A stretch of DNA of 63,077 nt, filler included, from Octopus bimaculoides (taxonomy: Eukaryota), in assembly GCF_001194135.2 (NCBI RefSeq). It is 3 parts of 3 records of this genome, joined end to end, with 100 filler letters (N's around TTAATTAATTAA, not from the genome) between each part and the next. Parts side by side here need not be neighbours in the genome. Positions count along the whole stretch, not along the records: positions 52,823 to 63,077 come from NC_068996.1; 2 more parts are not named here. One strand, 5' to 3'. Every line of letters starts with the position of its first letter. Within the stretch, counting starts at the first letter, position 1. Both the position numbers and the translations under genes were made by a program. Below are positions 62,442 to 63,077 of this stretch, in pieces. The notes below the pieces were generated by a model. It did not search any database. It was not told where the DNA came from and saw nothing but the letters and a program-made list of their open reading frames with translations.

Positions 62442-62970
62442 TTGCAAGATTCCTGATACGAAACCTTGTGTTAAAACAGATATTGTTACAATCCATTGAG
62501 AATGGATTAAGCAGAGCAAGAAGACACATGTGGATGGAAAGGGTCTCTGATGAGGTCACAGATGTGTGATGAAAAGATTTCTGGACAAATGAATGTAAGA
62601 TAAAATAAGAACAGTAATAAACCAGTGAAGAACGAATATATAGTGTGTGTGTGTGGGTGTTTATTTGGCAAAAAAACCCAACCCCCCACCCAAAATGACC
62701 ATCCCAATATATAGATATATTTATATTTCAGGATGGTCATATCTTTTACCAGTTAACCACATTTACTATACACTTGGTCTTCACTTCATATTTATTATTG
62801 CTATTATTATTTAAGTGCCTCTAAAATAATAATGAGAAGATTAATAAAGCTGAAGTAAAGAATGAGTATACGGAACATGTAGTAGTTTGGCAAAAAAATA
62901 TGACCATCCCCAAATATAGGAATATCTGTTTCAACACACAACTTCATATCAGGAATCTTGCAAAACAAAT
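62442..62970. mobile_element. Rearranged foldback element, copy 2, carrying a hammerhead-like core
   Basis: Inverted termini ttgcaagattcctga and tcaggaatcttgcaa; internal nested inversions; homologous to 19264-19725. Confidence 0.8.
62547..62586 (+). ncRNA. Minimal type I hammerhead ribozyme-like motif (degenerate)
   Basis: CTGATGA-g-[gtcaca GATG tgtgat]-GAAA-agatt-TC-tggac. Homologous motifs at 19575-19613(+) and 19423-19452(-). Confidence 0.45.
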
Positions 62971-62976
62971 GCATAA

Positions 62977-63017
<41 letters not shown>

Positions 63018-63031
63018 CATGTATGTGCGTG

Positions 63032-63077
<46 letters not shown>
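62977..63077. repeat. (TG)n microsatellite
   Basis: Read directly. Confidence 0.95.

Noticed and set aside
15576-63077. Third SH3 domain (SH3C) exon of the host gene
   Set aside because: No WW.G.LNG..G.FP.NF-type coding segment was found by eye. It probably lies in a gap or beyond the window.

Overview
AT-rich, microsatellite-dense animal genomic DNA with many N-gaps. The SINE and RTE families point to a coleoid cephalopod, most likely Octopus (inference). Almost the whole window is intronic sequence of one plus-strand gene of the CIN85/CD2AP (SH3KBP1) family. Two exons are well supported: 836-953 (C-terminal half of SH3 domain B) and 15427-15575 (the KKVKGVGFGNIF..PIKLRP linker), and their splice phases are compatible. 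The third SH3 exon was not seen. The introns hold a TIR-bounded Chapaev3-type transposon, a long decayed Penelope-like retroelement (RT plus C-terminal GIY-YIG), Tc1/mariner elements (DD41D, DD37D-like, DD34D-like, MITEs), pogo/Tigger, hAT, a Helitron 5' end, RTE, HERO-like, R4/Dong-like and L1/Tx1-like LINE fragments, and CORE- and Meta-domain tRNA SINEs. The most interesting unexplained signals are: (i) a foldback repeat family at two loci carrying a minimal hammerhead-ribozyme-like core, (ii) a single in-frame UGA at a Cys-like linker position of the Penelope-like element, (iii) a CpG-rich, hairpin-dense 250-bp island resembling an HDV-like ribozyme-bearing retroelement 5' UTR, (iv) a variable-copy hairpin plus A-tract array in the RTE 3' UTR, and (v) candidate unannotated exons. 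Two 44N-TTAATTAATTAA-44N blocks are artificial scaffold linkers. TE boundaries are approximate unless TIRs are quoted.
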